DNA of 63,626 nucleotides, filler included. It is 4 parts of 4 records of this genome, joined end to end, with 100 filler letters (N's around TTAATTAATTAA, not from the genome) between each part and the next. Parts side by side here need not be neighbours in the genome. Positions count along the whole stretch, not along the records: positions 21,637 to 49,073 come from DRR723986_12860; 3 more parts are not named here. One strand, given 5' to 3'. The notes beneath the pieces were generated by a model that was given only the letters and a program-made list of their open reading frames with translations, had not been told where the DNA came from and did not search any database. The translations under genes and the position numbers were made by a program. The number at the start of each line of letters is the position of its first letter. Positions within the stretch are counted from its first letter, which is position 1. Positions 21,766 to 31,410 of this stretch are shown here, in pieces.

Positions 21766-22566
21766 TCAACTTCTCTCAATCAGCCAGTCTCCTATTAATC
21801 GATTAACTTCTTTTGGTTTTTCTATAGAGCTACTATGCCCAGCACCGATGATTCTATGCAACTTAGACTTTGGAATACTCATTTGGATAAACTTTGATTT
21901 TATTGGTTTGGTTGCTACATCTTCATCGCCGACAATCACCATAGTAGGACAAGTAACGCTTCCTAATTCGTGTTCTATTCCCTTTCTATAAATCACTCCT
22001 TCCACGGCCCCTGTGATATTTCTTTTATTTGCCTTCAACTGTGATTTCCAATAATCAATTTTCTGAGCGTTCAGCGGATCTTTAAGCCAGCTATCCGCAA
22101 ACATGATCTTCATAACTTTGCTCGCCACCGGTGGTACTACCCCGAGCCATTTCACGATTCCATTGAGTGTTTTGTATTTAGGCAAGTTTTCTACAGGTTC
22201 TGAATTAGCAGAGGTCCCTAGGAGAATGAGACTTTTGATCAATTCAGGAAACCTAGCAGCCAATCTCATCCCGACAAATCCCCCCATCGAAAGTCCTACA
22301 AAATGTACTCGACCTACGCATAGTTTTTGGATCAACTCTGCTGCATCTTCAGCGAGAGTATCCATATCAAATGGACCTTTCACTTCACTCTTTCCCTGCC
22401 CTCTATGATCATAGGCAATCACCCTAAAACGTGCCTGCAGAAACGCTATTTGATCCCTAAACATCTTGTGACTCCAAAGTAAACCATGTGAAAAAACAAT
22501 GGTTTGCTCCCCAACTCCTTGATCCGTGTAGAAAATATCGACTCCGTTTACTTTGATTTGGGGCAT
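21766..22566 (-). CDS. Alpha/beta hydrolase (3-oxoadipate enol-lactonase-like)
   Basis: HGLLW oxyanion region, GLSMGG nucleophile elbow, GDED and GAGH. Confidence 0.9.
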   Translation of the reverse strand: MPQIKVNGVDIFYTDQGVGEQTIVFSHGLLWSHKMFRDQIAFLQARFRVIAYDHRGQGKSEVKGPFDMDTLAEDAAELIQKLCVGRVHFVGLSMGGFVGMRLAARFPELIKSLILLGTSANSEPVENLPKYKTLNGIVKWLGVVPPVASKVMKIMFADSWLKDPLNAQKIDYWKSQLKANKRNITGAVEGVIYRKGIEHELGSVTCPTMVIVGDEDVATKPIKSKFIQMSIPKSKLHRIIGAGHSSSIEKPKEVNRLIGDWLIERS

Positions 22567-22641
22567 TCTATTTTTTGTTTTTATGGTTACTCTTCCCAAT
22601 CAGGAAAAGTCTTTCATACTCAATTTCAATTTATCTCTTTT

Positions 22642-24231
22642 CTAAAAATCTAAACCAGGCTGAGTGATTGTAAACCCTTCAGTCTCTTTTTGCTTATCTA
22701 CTATAACCTTCACATCCTCCAAAAGTTTTTTAGAATCATAGACTATTCCATCCTTGACAGTATACTTTACGCCTCCTACTCTGATTGGTTTATTATTCTC
22801 GTCTATCCGGATTGCGCCTGTGCCATAAAGTACTTTCAGATTTTGAAGGGGATTTTCTTCCAAAATGACAAAATCCGCCAACTTACCTACTTCTACTGAA
22901 CCAATTTCCTTTTCCATGCCCAGCAGTTCTGCCCCATATAAAGTAGCAGACCTTAAAACTTCCAGTGGATGAAATCCAGCTTCTCTTAACAATTCAAGTT
23001 CTCTGATATATGCAAAACCATAAAGCTGATAGATAAACCCTGAGTCAGACCCTGTAGTCACCCTACCTCCTTTATTCTTATACTCATTTACAAAAGTCAT
23101 CCACAGCTTATAATTTTCCTTCCATAGAACTTCCTCTTCAGTAGTCCAATCAAACCAGTAAGAACCATGGGACTGACGACTTGGGGCATAGAATCTCCAA
23201 AGCGATGGAAGTGTATATACATCATGCCATTCCGCAGTGCGGGCACGCATCATATCCCGATTGGCTTCATAAATATTAAATGTAGGATCAAGTGTAAAAT
23301 CCAATTCAAGCAATTCATTCATCACATTATTCCAATGATCAGATCCAGGTTGAGCGGCTTGCTTCCAAAGTTTGCCTGCCTCAGCAAACCTATGCTGCTC
23401 ATTTTGGTAATTATAGTCTAATCTAAAGTCTTGAATCGTTCGATTTTCAAATAAGGCCTCTGGCAAACCATACCAATGCTCCATTGATGTCAAACCAGCT
23501 CTTGCAGAATTCATCACATTCCATCGAGCTACATCCAACTGCTGGTGATGCATGGCCGAGCGAAGTCCAATTCTCTTGTTTTCAGAAATTGCAGCTTCCA
23601 TTACCTCTGGATTTGCCCCAAAAAATTTAATCCCATCCGCCCCTTTTTTTGCATTCTCATTAACCCATGCCTTTGCTTGCTCTGCCGTTGTGATTGGAGC
23701 TTTTGCTCCTTGACCGAAACTGGTATAGGCTAGGATTCGCGGAGCTGTAATTTCATTGGCAGCTGATCTTTTCTTTTGATCAAGAACCCAATCCAATCCG
23801 TTCCCTGCCGATGGATCTCTAATCGTTGTGATTCCATGAGCCATCCAAAGCTTGAAAACATATTCAGCAGGCGTCCCCTGACCTCCCCCTCCTATGTGTC
23901 CATGAGCATCGACAAACCCCGGAAGCAAATAGTGTCCTTCTAGTTCATAAACTTTGTCATCTGGCCCCGCTTTTGGCCTACGGTTTTCATTAATTGGCAT
24001 CCCAGGATAGCCGACAACCTGAATCTGAGCTATCCTATTTTTCTCAACGACAATATCTACAGGGCCTACCGGAGGTGCACCGGTACCATCTATCAGGATC
24101 ACACCTCTTAATATCAACCGTCCATATTGTCCATCGCCCTCGGTTCTGTCTGGAGCGGCTTTTATTTGGCAAAAGGCTGAAAAGGAAAGATAAAAGCCAA
24201 AAATGGCCAGGAGTAAAAGTCTTTTTTTCAT
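22642..24231 (-). CDS. Exported amidohydrolase-family protein
   Basis: Signal peptide; LPGFVDAHGH, GITTIRD, GSDSG, GSVEVGKLADFVIL. Confidence 0.9.
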   Translation of the reverse strand: MKKRLLLLAIFGFYLSFSAFCQIKAAPDRTEGDGQYGRLILRGVILIDGTGAPPVGPVDIVVEKNRIAQIQVVGYPGMPINENRRPKAGPDDKVYELEGHYLLPGFVDAHGHIGGGGQGTPAEYVFKLWMAHGITTIRDPSAGNGLDWVLDQKKRSAANEITAPRILAYTSFGQGAKAPITTAEQAKAWVNENAKKGADGIKFFGANPEVMEAAISENKRIGLRSAMHHQQLDVARWNVMNSARAGLTSMEHWYGLPEALFENRTIQDFRLDYNYQNEQHRFAEAGKLWKQAAQPGSDHWNNVMNELLELDFTLDPTFNIYEANRDMMRARTAEWHDVYTLPSLWRFYAPSRQSHGSYWFDWTTEEEVLWKENYKLWMTFVNEYKNKGGRVTTGSDSGFIYQLYGFAYIRELELLREAGFHPLEVLRSATLYGAELLGMEKEIGSVEVGKLADFVILEENPLQNLKVLYGTGAIRIDENNKPIRVGGVKYTVKDGIVYDSKKLLEDVKVIVDKQKETEGFTITQPGLDF

Positions 24232-24309
24232 AGGTGATGGTCTTATTCAGCAAATAAGTTAAGTCAAAAAGTCACAACAAAAAACTGAAAAATGACGAAG
24301 TAAGGACAC

Positions 24310-24345
24310 AAAAAAGCCCTAAGGACAATTCCAAAGGGCTTTTTT
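24310..24345. terminator. Terminator after fabI (bidirectional-looking)
   Basis: AAAAAAGCCCT...AGGGCTTTTTT. Confidence 0.7.
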
Positions 24346-24363
24346 GAGGATTGTTGGTGGAAA

Positions 24364-25179
24364 TTATAAATCCTTAAACTTCTCCATGATGTCTTCAGAA
24401 ATTCCTGTGAAGGAATATCCGCCATCATGAAAGAGATTTTGCATAGTAACTAATCTGGTGTAGTCAGAGAACATCGTAACGATATATTCTGCACAAGCTT
24501 CTGCTGAAGCATTTCCCAATGGAGAAAGAGCTTCGGCAAAATTGTAGAAGGAATCAAATCCGCCAATACCAGTTCCCGCTGTTGTTTTGGTTGGAGATTG
24601 AGAGATGGTATTTACTCTAACTTTCTTAAGCTTACCGAATCTGTATCCATAGCCACGTGCGATGCTTTCTAACAAAGCTTTGGCATCAGCCATATCTGTA
24701 TAGAAAGGGAATACTTTCTGAGCTGCGATATATGAAAGACCGACGATCGACCCCCACTCATTCATCACATCTTGCTTTTCAGCTACCTGCATCATCTTGT
24801 GAAAAGAGATGGCAGACACATCGTAAGATTTCATTGCCCAATCGTAATTCAGATCACCGTATGATCTTCCTTTTCTGATGTTTGGGGACATTCCGATGGA
24901 ATGCAAAAGAAAATCGAAGTTACCTCCAAGATACTCTTTTGCTTCAGCGTAGAGTTTCTCGATATCTTCTGTGCTCGTCGCATCCGCAGGAATCACAATA
25001 GTATCGCATTCCTTTGCAAGGTCATTGATAGCACCCATTCTCATGGCGATTGGTGCATTGGTCAATACAAATTTTGCTCCTTGCTCTTTCGCTTTAAGCG
25101 CTGTTTTCCACGCAATTGAGTTCTCGTCAAGAGCACCGGTGATGATTCCCAGTTTTCCTTTTAGCAAATTATCTGGCAT
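24364..25179 (-). CDS. fabI: Enoyl-ACP reductase FabI
   Basis: GALDENSIAW, HSIGMS, YxxMADAK; Bacteroidota-type FabI. Confidence 0.93.
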   Translation of the reverse strand: MPDNLLKGKLGIITGALDENSIAWKTALKAKEQGAKFVLTNAPIAMRMGAINDLAKECDTIVIPADATSTEDIEKLYAEAKEYLGGNFDFLLHSIGMSPNIRKGRSYGDLNYDWAMKSYDVSAISFHKMMQVAEKQDVMNEWGSIVGLSYIAAQKVFPFYTDMADAKALLESIARGYGYRFGKLKKVRVNTISQSPTKTTAGTGIGGFDSFYNFAEALSPLGNASAEACAEYIVTMFSDYTRLVTMQNLFHDGGYSFTGISEDIMEKFKDL

Positions 25180-25265
25180 ATAGCTAGGGGGTTATTTTCA
25201 AAAATTACTGCCCAAAAATAGGAAAAAATAATCATTCACGCCTCGAAATTGATGCAATGAGGCAA

Positions 25266-26918
25266 TTAGCGACGAAGCAACTCCTTTGCACTTTCTATTG
25301 CCGAAGCCGATGGTGAGGCTCCCGCAATCATTTTTGCCAACTCCATCACTCGCTCTTCATTTTCAAGCAATTTGATTTTGCTGACGGTTTTCTCAGATGA
25401 GTTGTCCTTATAAACAAAATAATGGAGATCACCTTGTCCTGCTACCTGAGGCAAATGCGTAATGCAAATCACCTGATGTCTTTTGGAAATGTCTTGCATC
25501 ATCCCAACCATTTTCAACGCTACCTCACCTGAAATCCCGGTATCAATCTCATCGAAAATCAAGGTAGGCATGGCCATTTTATCAGCCATCAGGTATTTGA
25601 TGGCAAAAAGCAATCTGGAAAACTCACCTCCTGAGGCTACTTTTTTCAGGGCCTGAGGAGAAGATCCTTTATTAGCTGAAAAGAGCAATTCGATCTCATC
25701 CATCCCATTTACTGCTGGCGCAATCCCCTTGTGTTCCATGACAACTTTGGAATTCTCCATTCCCAATCCGGCAAGTAAGCTTTCCAAAGACTTCTGGAAA
25801 GCAGTAAAACTCCCTTGCCTTTTCATACGAAGTATTTTACCTGATTGCGCAACTTGTGCCTGACTCTCTTCAAGAAACTTCTTTGCTTTTGCTAGTGTTT
25901 CGTCAAGATTCTGAACTTGAAAAACCTTATCGGCCAGCTCTTTTTCAAGCTCCATTAATTCTTCTACAGAAGCTACTCCATGTTTTTTCTGAAGCTGATA
26001 GATCTTACTTAGCCTATCCCGAGTTTCATCCAGTTTCTCAAAATCAACTTCAACCTTATTCTCCTCATCTCCAAGAGTCTCTTCTATGTCCTTCAACTCA
26101 ATATTCACTGCCTGAAATCTTTCTCTTAGGCTAGCAAACACATGCGCCAATCTTTCCAATGATTGCATTCCATGCTGAATCTGAGACATTCCTTGGCTGA
26201 TCCCAAATTGCTCATCTTGGAAGAGATTCAGCATTTCATTGATCTTCAATTTGATCTCTTCAGCATTTTCAAGGATTTCCTGACTAGATTCCAATTCGGC
26301 TTGTTCCCCTTCCTTCAGTCCTAAAACACTCAATTCTTCTAGTTGGAATTGATTGAAATCTGCTTCCTTCTGTAGCTCAATTGCCTTTTTAGTCAGCTCA
26401 TTGAATGATTTTTGAGCTTTTTGAAAAGATTGATAATCCGCTTTGTAATTTTTAAGTTCTTCCTGAGTTTGCGCAAAGGCATCTATTAAGCTGAGTTGAT
26501 AGTTTCCTTCTCCTAGCTGCAAGGTGTCGTGTTGGGAATGGACATCCATCAAATAGCTACCTAGCGTTTTCAAGGCATCTAATAAGACTGGGGTGTCATT
26601 AACGAATGAACGGGATTTACCAGCTGGACTAATTTCTCTTCTAATAATACAAATTGGCTCGTAATCTAACTCAGCCTTATCAAAAAAATCCTTCAAGCCG
26701 TAGTTTGCCACATCAAAAACTCCTTCGATAACACACTTTTTATCTTCATGTAGCAGGACCTTGGTATCTGACCTGTTCCCTAGAAGCAAACCTACAGCGC
26801 CAAGCATGATGGATTTACCAGCGCCTGTTTCGCCGGTAATCATACTAAGACCTTGACTTGGCTGCATATGCAGTTTGTCAATCAGAGCATAATTAGAAAT
26901 GCTGAGAGATTTGAGCAT
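25266..26918 (-). CDS. recN: DNA repair protein RecN
   Basis: GETGAGKS, ASGGEFSR, FDEIDTGISG, ITHLPQVA. Confidence 0.97.
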   Translation of the reverse strand: MLKSLSISNYALIDKLHMQPSQGLSMITGETGAGKSIMLGAVGLLLGNRSDTKVLLHEDKKCVIEGVFDVANYGLKDFFDKAELDYEPICIIRREISPAGKSRSFVNDTPVLLDALKTLGSYLMDVHSQHDTLQLGEGNYQLSLIDAFAQTQEELKNYKADYQSFQKAQKSFNELTKKAIELQKEADFNQFQLEELSVLGLKEGEQAELESSQEILENAEEIKLKINEMLNLFQDEQFGISQGMSQIQHGMQSLERLAHVFASLRERFQAVNIELKDIEETLGDEENKVEVDFEKLDETRDRLSKIYQLQKKHGVASVEELMELEKELADKVFQVQNLDETLAKAKKFLEESQAQVAQSGKILRMKRQGSFTAFQKSLESLLAGLGMENSKVVMEHKGIAPAVNGMDEIELLFSANKGSSPQALKKVASGGEFSRLLFAIKYLMADKMAMPTLIFDEIDTGISGEVALKMVGMMQDISKRHQVICITHLPQVAGQGDLHYFVYKDNSSEKTVSKIKLLENEERVMELAKMIAGASPSASAIESAKELLRR

Positions 26919-26938
26919 GGGTAATGAGTTCGTTTGGG

Positions 26939-26946
26939 CAAAACTA
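26939..26946 (-). promoter_or_regulatory. Candidate TAnnTTTG promoter element for recN
   Basis: TAGTTTTG about 20 nt upstream of ATG. Confidence 0.5.
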
Positions 26947-26957
26947 AAAAATCGAGC

Positions 26958-27860
26958 TTAGCTTTTCAGCAGCTCATTGTACTTTCTCGCATTATTCGGG
27001 TCAACTTCCAGAAGTAGTTCGACAATTTCTGTCCTAATCTCCAAAGAAGCGTTTTTCATAATCGAGGTAATCTCGTCGCTTTTGGCATCCATAAATGAGA
27101 TTACGAAGATGCCATTTGGCTGGGTTTTATTTGCCTCCGCCAAAATCCGGATGGCCTCAAGCATATTTTGATACGCTTCCTCTGGCTTAATCTGAAGAAT
27201 ATCCAAACCTTGACGATGATATAAATAATAAGCATCTCTAATTACAGAAAAAACCGACGAAGTATAAATGTCATTATTTAACGCATATCGATTTCGACGA
27301 TCTGATGTACTCTGTGTCCACCCTGGCCGACCGGATTGCTGTGCATTATTTACAATATCATTTGCTGCAGCAAAGAATTCACTTCCACCTCTACTTTCAA
27401 ATGTATCATAATCCAAACCTAAGGCTATCTGAGCATAAAATGCCAGCAAGGAACTTATATTATTTAAAAAGGTAAAACGATTAAATTCCAGGGGCTGGGA
27501 TTCTACGTAATCAAAACTCCAATTTCGATCTGCAAAATTAAAAACCAAGCTCTCATAGTTCGTACCATACACTGGCCTCACCGTCTGGATTTGGACGGTA
27601 GCATTGTATGTTCCCACTTGTGGCACATCATTTATCGTTATCAACAAATTCCCTTTGATACGTTCTTCAGGCCGAAATTCATCTGTTGTCCAAGACCTTC
27701 CATTTAAAAATTGCTCAAAACTGGTCTTCATCTGAGCGAAAATATTGGTATTCTGAATTCTTGCGCGATCACTATTAATGATCACCGTAAAATTTAGCTC
27801 CTGAGAAAACCCAGTGAATGATTGACAAAAGAAGAGTAGAAGGATAATTCCTTTTTTCAT
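26958..27860 (-). CDS. porD: DUF4835 family protein (T9SS-associated PorD)
   Basis: QELNFTV, FLNGRSWT, RPVYGTNY, GLDYDTF; sits in the conserved bamD-rpoZ-coaBC-DUF4835-recN run. Confidence 0.82.
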   Translation of the reverse strand: MKKGIILLLFFCQSFTGFSQELNFTVIINSDRARIQNTNIFAQMKTSFEQFLNGRSWTTDEFRPEERIKGNLLITINDVPQVGTYNATVQIQTVRPVYGTNYESLVFNFADRNWSFDYVESQPLEFNRFTFLNNISSLLAFYAQIALGLDYDTFESRGGSEFFAAANDIVNNAQQSGRPGWTQSTSDRRNRYALNNDIYTSSVFSVIRDAYYLYHRQGLDILQIKPEEAYQNMLEAIRILAEANKTQPNGIFVISFMDAKSDEITSIMKNASLEIRTEIVELLLEVDPNNARKYNELLKS

Positions 27861-28010
27861 GTATTTAAGTTAATCTTTCTTTGGCCACAAAGTCAGTTCG
27901 ACCCCATGGCTTTCTAGATGCATGAACTCCAAACGATTAGTATATAGATATAATTGCATGCCTTGGATCATGATCGATTTCATAGTCCTAAAATAAGGAA
28001 ATATAAAGGC

Positions 28011-29219
28011 TCAAACCCAAACAGGGATATTTTTGATTTGATCTATAATAAGATTAGCGATTTGGTTTTTAGGAGCCACATCCGACTCCACCTCTAATCC
28101 CGAAGCATGAAAAATATGCACCTTATTTGTATCTACTTGAAAACCTGCTCCAGATTCCTTCATGGAATTAAGCACAATCATGTCAAAATTCTTCTTCCCT
28201 AACTTGACCTGCGCATTATTAGCTTCATTTTCTGTCTCCAAAGCAAAGCCAATATGAACTTGATTTGGCCTTTTCTCAGCCCCAAGTTTTGCGGCAATAT
28301 CTACGTTTTTGACTAAAGAGAGCGATAGTGTAGAATCACTTTTTTTAATTTTCTCAGGGGCGATTTCTGCAGGTGCATAATCAGCTACTGCAGCAGCGAA
28401 AACACAAATATCCATTTGATCATGGATTTTTGAGGATGCTTCATACATCTCTTTGGCTGACTTTACATCCTGCCAATGAAAATTATCCTTATTTACTTTT
28501 AATGAAATCGGACCTGAAACGACAAAAACATCTGCTCCTCTGGACATAAAAGCATTTGCTAATGCGAGTCCCATTTTCCCACTGGAATGATTGCTGACGT
28601 ACCTTACAGGATCTAGGGCTTCTTGGGTTGGCCCCATAGTGATCAGTACTTTTTTTCCTTTGAAATCAGTCTTGGTGGTGAAAAACTTCTGCACTTTAGA
28701 AACAATGTGCTCTGGCTCCATCATTCTACCTTTCCCTGATAATCCGCTTGCTAATTCTCCGGATTCAGCATCGAGTATGATATTCCCGAATGATTCTAAT
28801 TTCTGAATATTTGATTGTACAGAAGGATGCTGAAACATGTCCAGGTCCATGGCAGGCGCTACCATCACCGGGCATCTAGCTGACAGGTAGGTAGCAGATA
28901 AAAGATTATCGCAAATGCCATTTGCAAACTTGGCAAGAGTATTAGCACTTATAGGTGCTACTAAAAATAAATCCGCCCATAATCCTAGCTCCACATGGTT
29001 ATTCCAAACACCAGTTTCATCTTTTTGAAATTGGCTTAAAGCAGGGCGCTTGGATAGTGTTGCTAGGGTGAGCGGAGTAATAAAGTCAAAAGCAGAAGTG
29101 CTCATAATAATTTGCACTTCTGCTCCTGCTTTAACTAGTAATCGAGTAAGAAACGCGGATTTATAGGCAGCTATACTACCCGTCACTCCTAAGATAATTT
29201 TCTTACCCTTAAGGCTCAT
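28011..29219 (-). CDS. coaBC: Phosphopantothenoylcysteine decarboxylase/ligase CoaBC
   Basis: GVTGSIAAYK, APAMD, DPVRYVSNHSSGKMG, AAVADY, GFALET. Confidence 0.97.
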   Translation of the reverse strand: MSLKGKKIILGVTGSIAAYKSAFLTRLLVKAGAEVQIIMSTSAFDFITPLTLATLSKRPALSQFQKDETGVWNNHVELGLWADLFLVAPISANTLAKFANGICDNLLSATYLSARCPVMVAPAMDLDMFQHPSVQSNIQKLESFGNIILDAESGELASGLSGKGRMMEPEHIVSKVQKFFTTKTDFKGKKVLITMGPTQEALDPVRYVSNHSSGKMGLALANAFMSRGADVFVVSGPISLKVNKDNFHWQDVKSAKEMYEASSKIHDQMDICVFAAAVADYAPAEIAPEKIKKSDSTLSLSLVKNVDIAAKLGAEKRPNQVHIGFALETENEANNAQVKLGKKNFDMIVLNSMKESGAGFQVDTNKVHIFHASGLEVESDVAPKNQIANLIIDQIKNIPVWV

Positions 29220-29223
29220 AGAA

Positions 29224-29538
29224 TTATTCAGCCGTTGGTTCCTCAGGGAATCGGCTATAAACTTTGCCTTCCATGAATTCTTCCATTGCTAACGTGCTTG
29301 GTTTTGGCATTCTTTCGTAAAACTTAGAGATTTCAATTTGCTCTTTGTTTTCAAATACTTCTTCCAAATTATCAACAGTAGAGGCAAACTCAGAAAGCTT
29401 CATATTCAACTCTTCTTTCAAAGTGTTGGAAATTTGCTTCGCTCTTTGACCTACAATATGAAGAGACTCATAGATATTCTCTGTTTTATCAGCGATTTTA
29501 TCAAGATCTCTTGTAATGATTGATGGATTAATTGCCAT
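29224..29538 (-). CDS. rpoZ: RNA polymerase omega subunit (Bacteroidota type)
   Basis: NIYES...RAKQI and ENKEQIEISKFYERMPKP; conserved position. Confidence 0.9.
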   Translation of the reverse strand: MAINPSIITRDLDKIADKTENIYESLHIVGQRAKQISNTLKEELNMKLSEFASTVDNLEEVFENKEQIEISKFYERMPKPSTLAMEEFMEGKVYSRFPEEPTAE

Positions 29539-29558
29539 ATTCTTGTTTGATTATAATT

Positions 29559-30473
29559 CTATTTTATTTCTACTTTTTCTATTGTCTTGTTCTCAAGTGC
29601 CTTTGCTTTTTGCTCAGCCAAGCGTTGATTGTAGTCGGCTAAAAGAACAGAATGTGAGTCTAATTCTTCTTTAGCCTTCTCTTCAATATCTTTCACTTTT
29701 CCTGTAAAAGCGCTATTTGGATATCTACGATAAAATGAAGTTGCAAAACCTAAAGCATCCTTCAATCGATCTTCCTTTTTCAAAAACGCACTGTTCTCGG
29801 CATATCCAGTGCTTACCTCAACTAGCTTGTAAGCAAGCTCTTCATTATGCTTACTGTCTGGATAATCTTTCATGAAATTCTGAAAGTTGATAATGCAGGC
29901 CCTATAATAATCACCAGGGTACAAACCATCTTTCAGTCTATAGTACATAGAAGACTCCATATAGGCTTTTTCCTCAAATCTTCCTTGCAAATCAACTAGC
30001 ATTTCCATCGCACGCTCATAGCTTGCAGAGGCTGGGAATTTAGTCACGAACTGTTGTATCGCAGACACTGCTTCCTGAGAACTCTGTTGATCAAGGTTGG
30101 CATCAGGAGCATCCAAGTAAAGGGAATACGCATTCATAAATAATGCTTCTTCAGCAAGAGGGCTCCTATTATATGTTCTGTAGAAATTACTGAAGTAGCC
30201 AGCAGCTTCTATGTATCTTTTAGTCTTAAAATGGCAATTAGCATAATTGTAATCTGCCAATTCTGCCTTCTCACTCCCTCTGATAACCGGCAACACCTTA
30301 TCGTAAAGGATTATAGCTTTATTGTATTCTCCTTCCTGATAATATTTGTTGGCACCTGCGTATAATTCCTCCCAATTCGTGCTCTTCTCAAGCTTATTGA
30401 ATGGGCCGCAAGAACTCGCAGCAAGTATGATAAATAGTAATAGAATGGATTGTACGCGCATTTTCATTTTCAA
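29559..30473 (-). CDS. bamD: Outer membrane protein assembly lipoprotein BamD
   Basis: AASSC lipobox, TPR repeats, LDQ motif; conserved position. Confidence 0.9.
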   Translation of the reverse strand: MKMKMRVQSILLLFIILAASSCGPFNKLEKSTNWEELYAGANKYYQEGEYNKAIILYDKVLPVIRGSEKAELADYNYANCHFKTKRYIEAAGYFSNFYRTYNRSPLAEEALFMNAYSLYLDAPDANLDQQSSQEAVSAIQQFVTKFPASASYERAMEMLVDLQGRFEEKAYMESSMYYRLKDGLYPGDYYRACIINFQNFMKDYPDSKHNEELAYKLVEVSTGYAENSAFLKKEDRLKDALGFATSFYRRYPNSAFTGKVKDIEEKAKEELDSHSVLLADYNQRLAEQKAKALENKTIEKVEIK

Positions 30474-30478
30474 GACCG

Positions 30479-30486
30479 CAAATATA
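30479..30486 (-). promoter_or_regulatory. Candidate TAnnTTTG promoter element for the bamD operon
   Basis: TATATTTG just upstream of bamD. Confidence 0.55.
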
Positions 30487-30534
30487 CGGGATAATTTTTC
30501 GGATTCAAATGGATGATTGCTAGTAGGTCAAGTC

Positions 30535-31251
30535 TTACTTCTTGACAACGAGCTTCTTGGTCACAATATTTTTATTGTCCAAGAAAAGGGTGTAGAAATA
30601 TATCCCAGGATTGAAATCGGATACGTTGATTGGAAGAGTGCTTCGTTCTGGATCTAATTCATAATCTGCGATAGGATTTCCAATAAAGCTATTTATTGAA
30701 ATTCTTGCTTTAACAGATTTGTTTTTAATGTTATAGTCAAATTGAGCAGTTCTAACACTTGGATTTGGATACACATCACTTAATACAATATCCTTGTAAT
30801 CAAATTCATCAACTTTTTCTGATGGATCATCAACTTCATACCTAGCTTCAACGACAAATAGATCTCTTAAATTGCTCTCATTCACAAAAGATAAATCAAA
30901 AGACCCTCTTATTTCAGCGATTCCCATATCAAAAACCAGATACAAATCAGTAAGTAACTCACCAGGTTCTAACGTCAATTTTATTTTAGCTAGGTCCTTT
31001 TTGGGGTCGTAGCATTTATCTCCAATACATACACTGACCTTCTGTGAAGACCCAATATTTCCACGAAGACTTTTTAACAGGTAAGTTTTTACTTGATTGG
31101 ATTCGTTTTGAAGGATGATGGTTTTTCGCTGTGTAGAGCCTAAATCGCCTCGAAATTCTACTCCATCACTCAATACACGCACCTGTTGAGCCTCCGAAAA
31201 TACGGGAACCAACAGCCAAAGCCATGTAAAAAATATGAGTAATCGTTTCAT
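30535..31251 (-). CDS. Small protein with T9SS type A C-terminal sorting domain
   Basis: Signal peptide; VYPNP, PGIYFYTL and terminal KKLVVKK. Confidence 0.85.
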   Translation of the reverse strand: MKRLLIFFTWLWLLVPVFSEAQQVRVLSDGVEFRGDLGSTQRKTIILQNESNQVKTYLLKSLRGNIGSSQKVSVCIGDKCYDPKKDLAKIKLTLEPGELLTDLYLVFDMGIAEIRGSFDLSFVNESNLRDLFVVEARYEVDDPSEKVDEFDYKDIVLSDVYPNPSVRTAQFDYNIKNKSVKARISINSFIGNPIADYELDPERSTLPINVSDFNPGIYFYTLFLDNKNIVTKKLVVKK

Positions 31252-31410
31252 GTAAAGTTTTAATCGATAAGCCTTCAGTGTTGTAACTGTATTCAATATA
31301 CGGACAAAAATATACCAATGGCTATGTATTAACAGAAAAATGCGGTTAAAATCTGTTAACCTTAATGAAATTTTTTAGGCGCTAGTACGTTAAGCCAAAC
31401 CTAACACCCC

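Noticed and set aside
25266-30473. bamD-rpoZ-coaBC-porD-recN run as a novel system
   Set aside because: Well-known conserved Bacteroidota gene order
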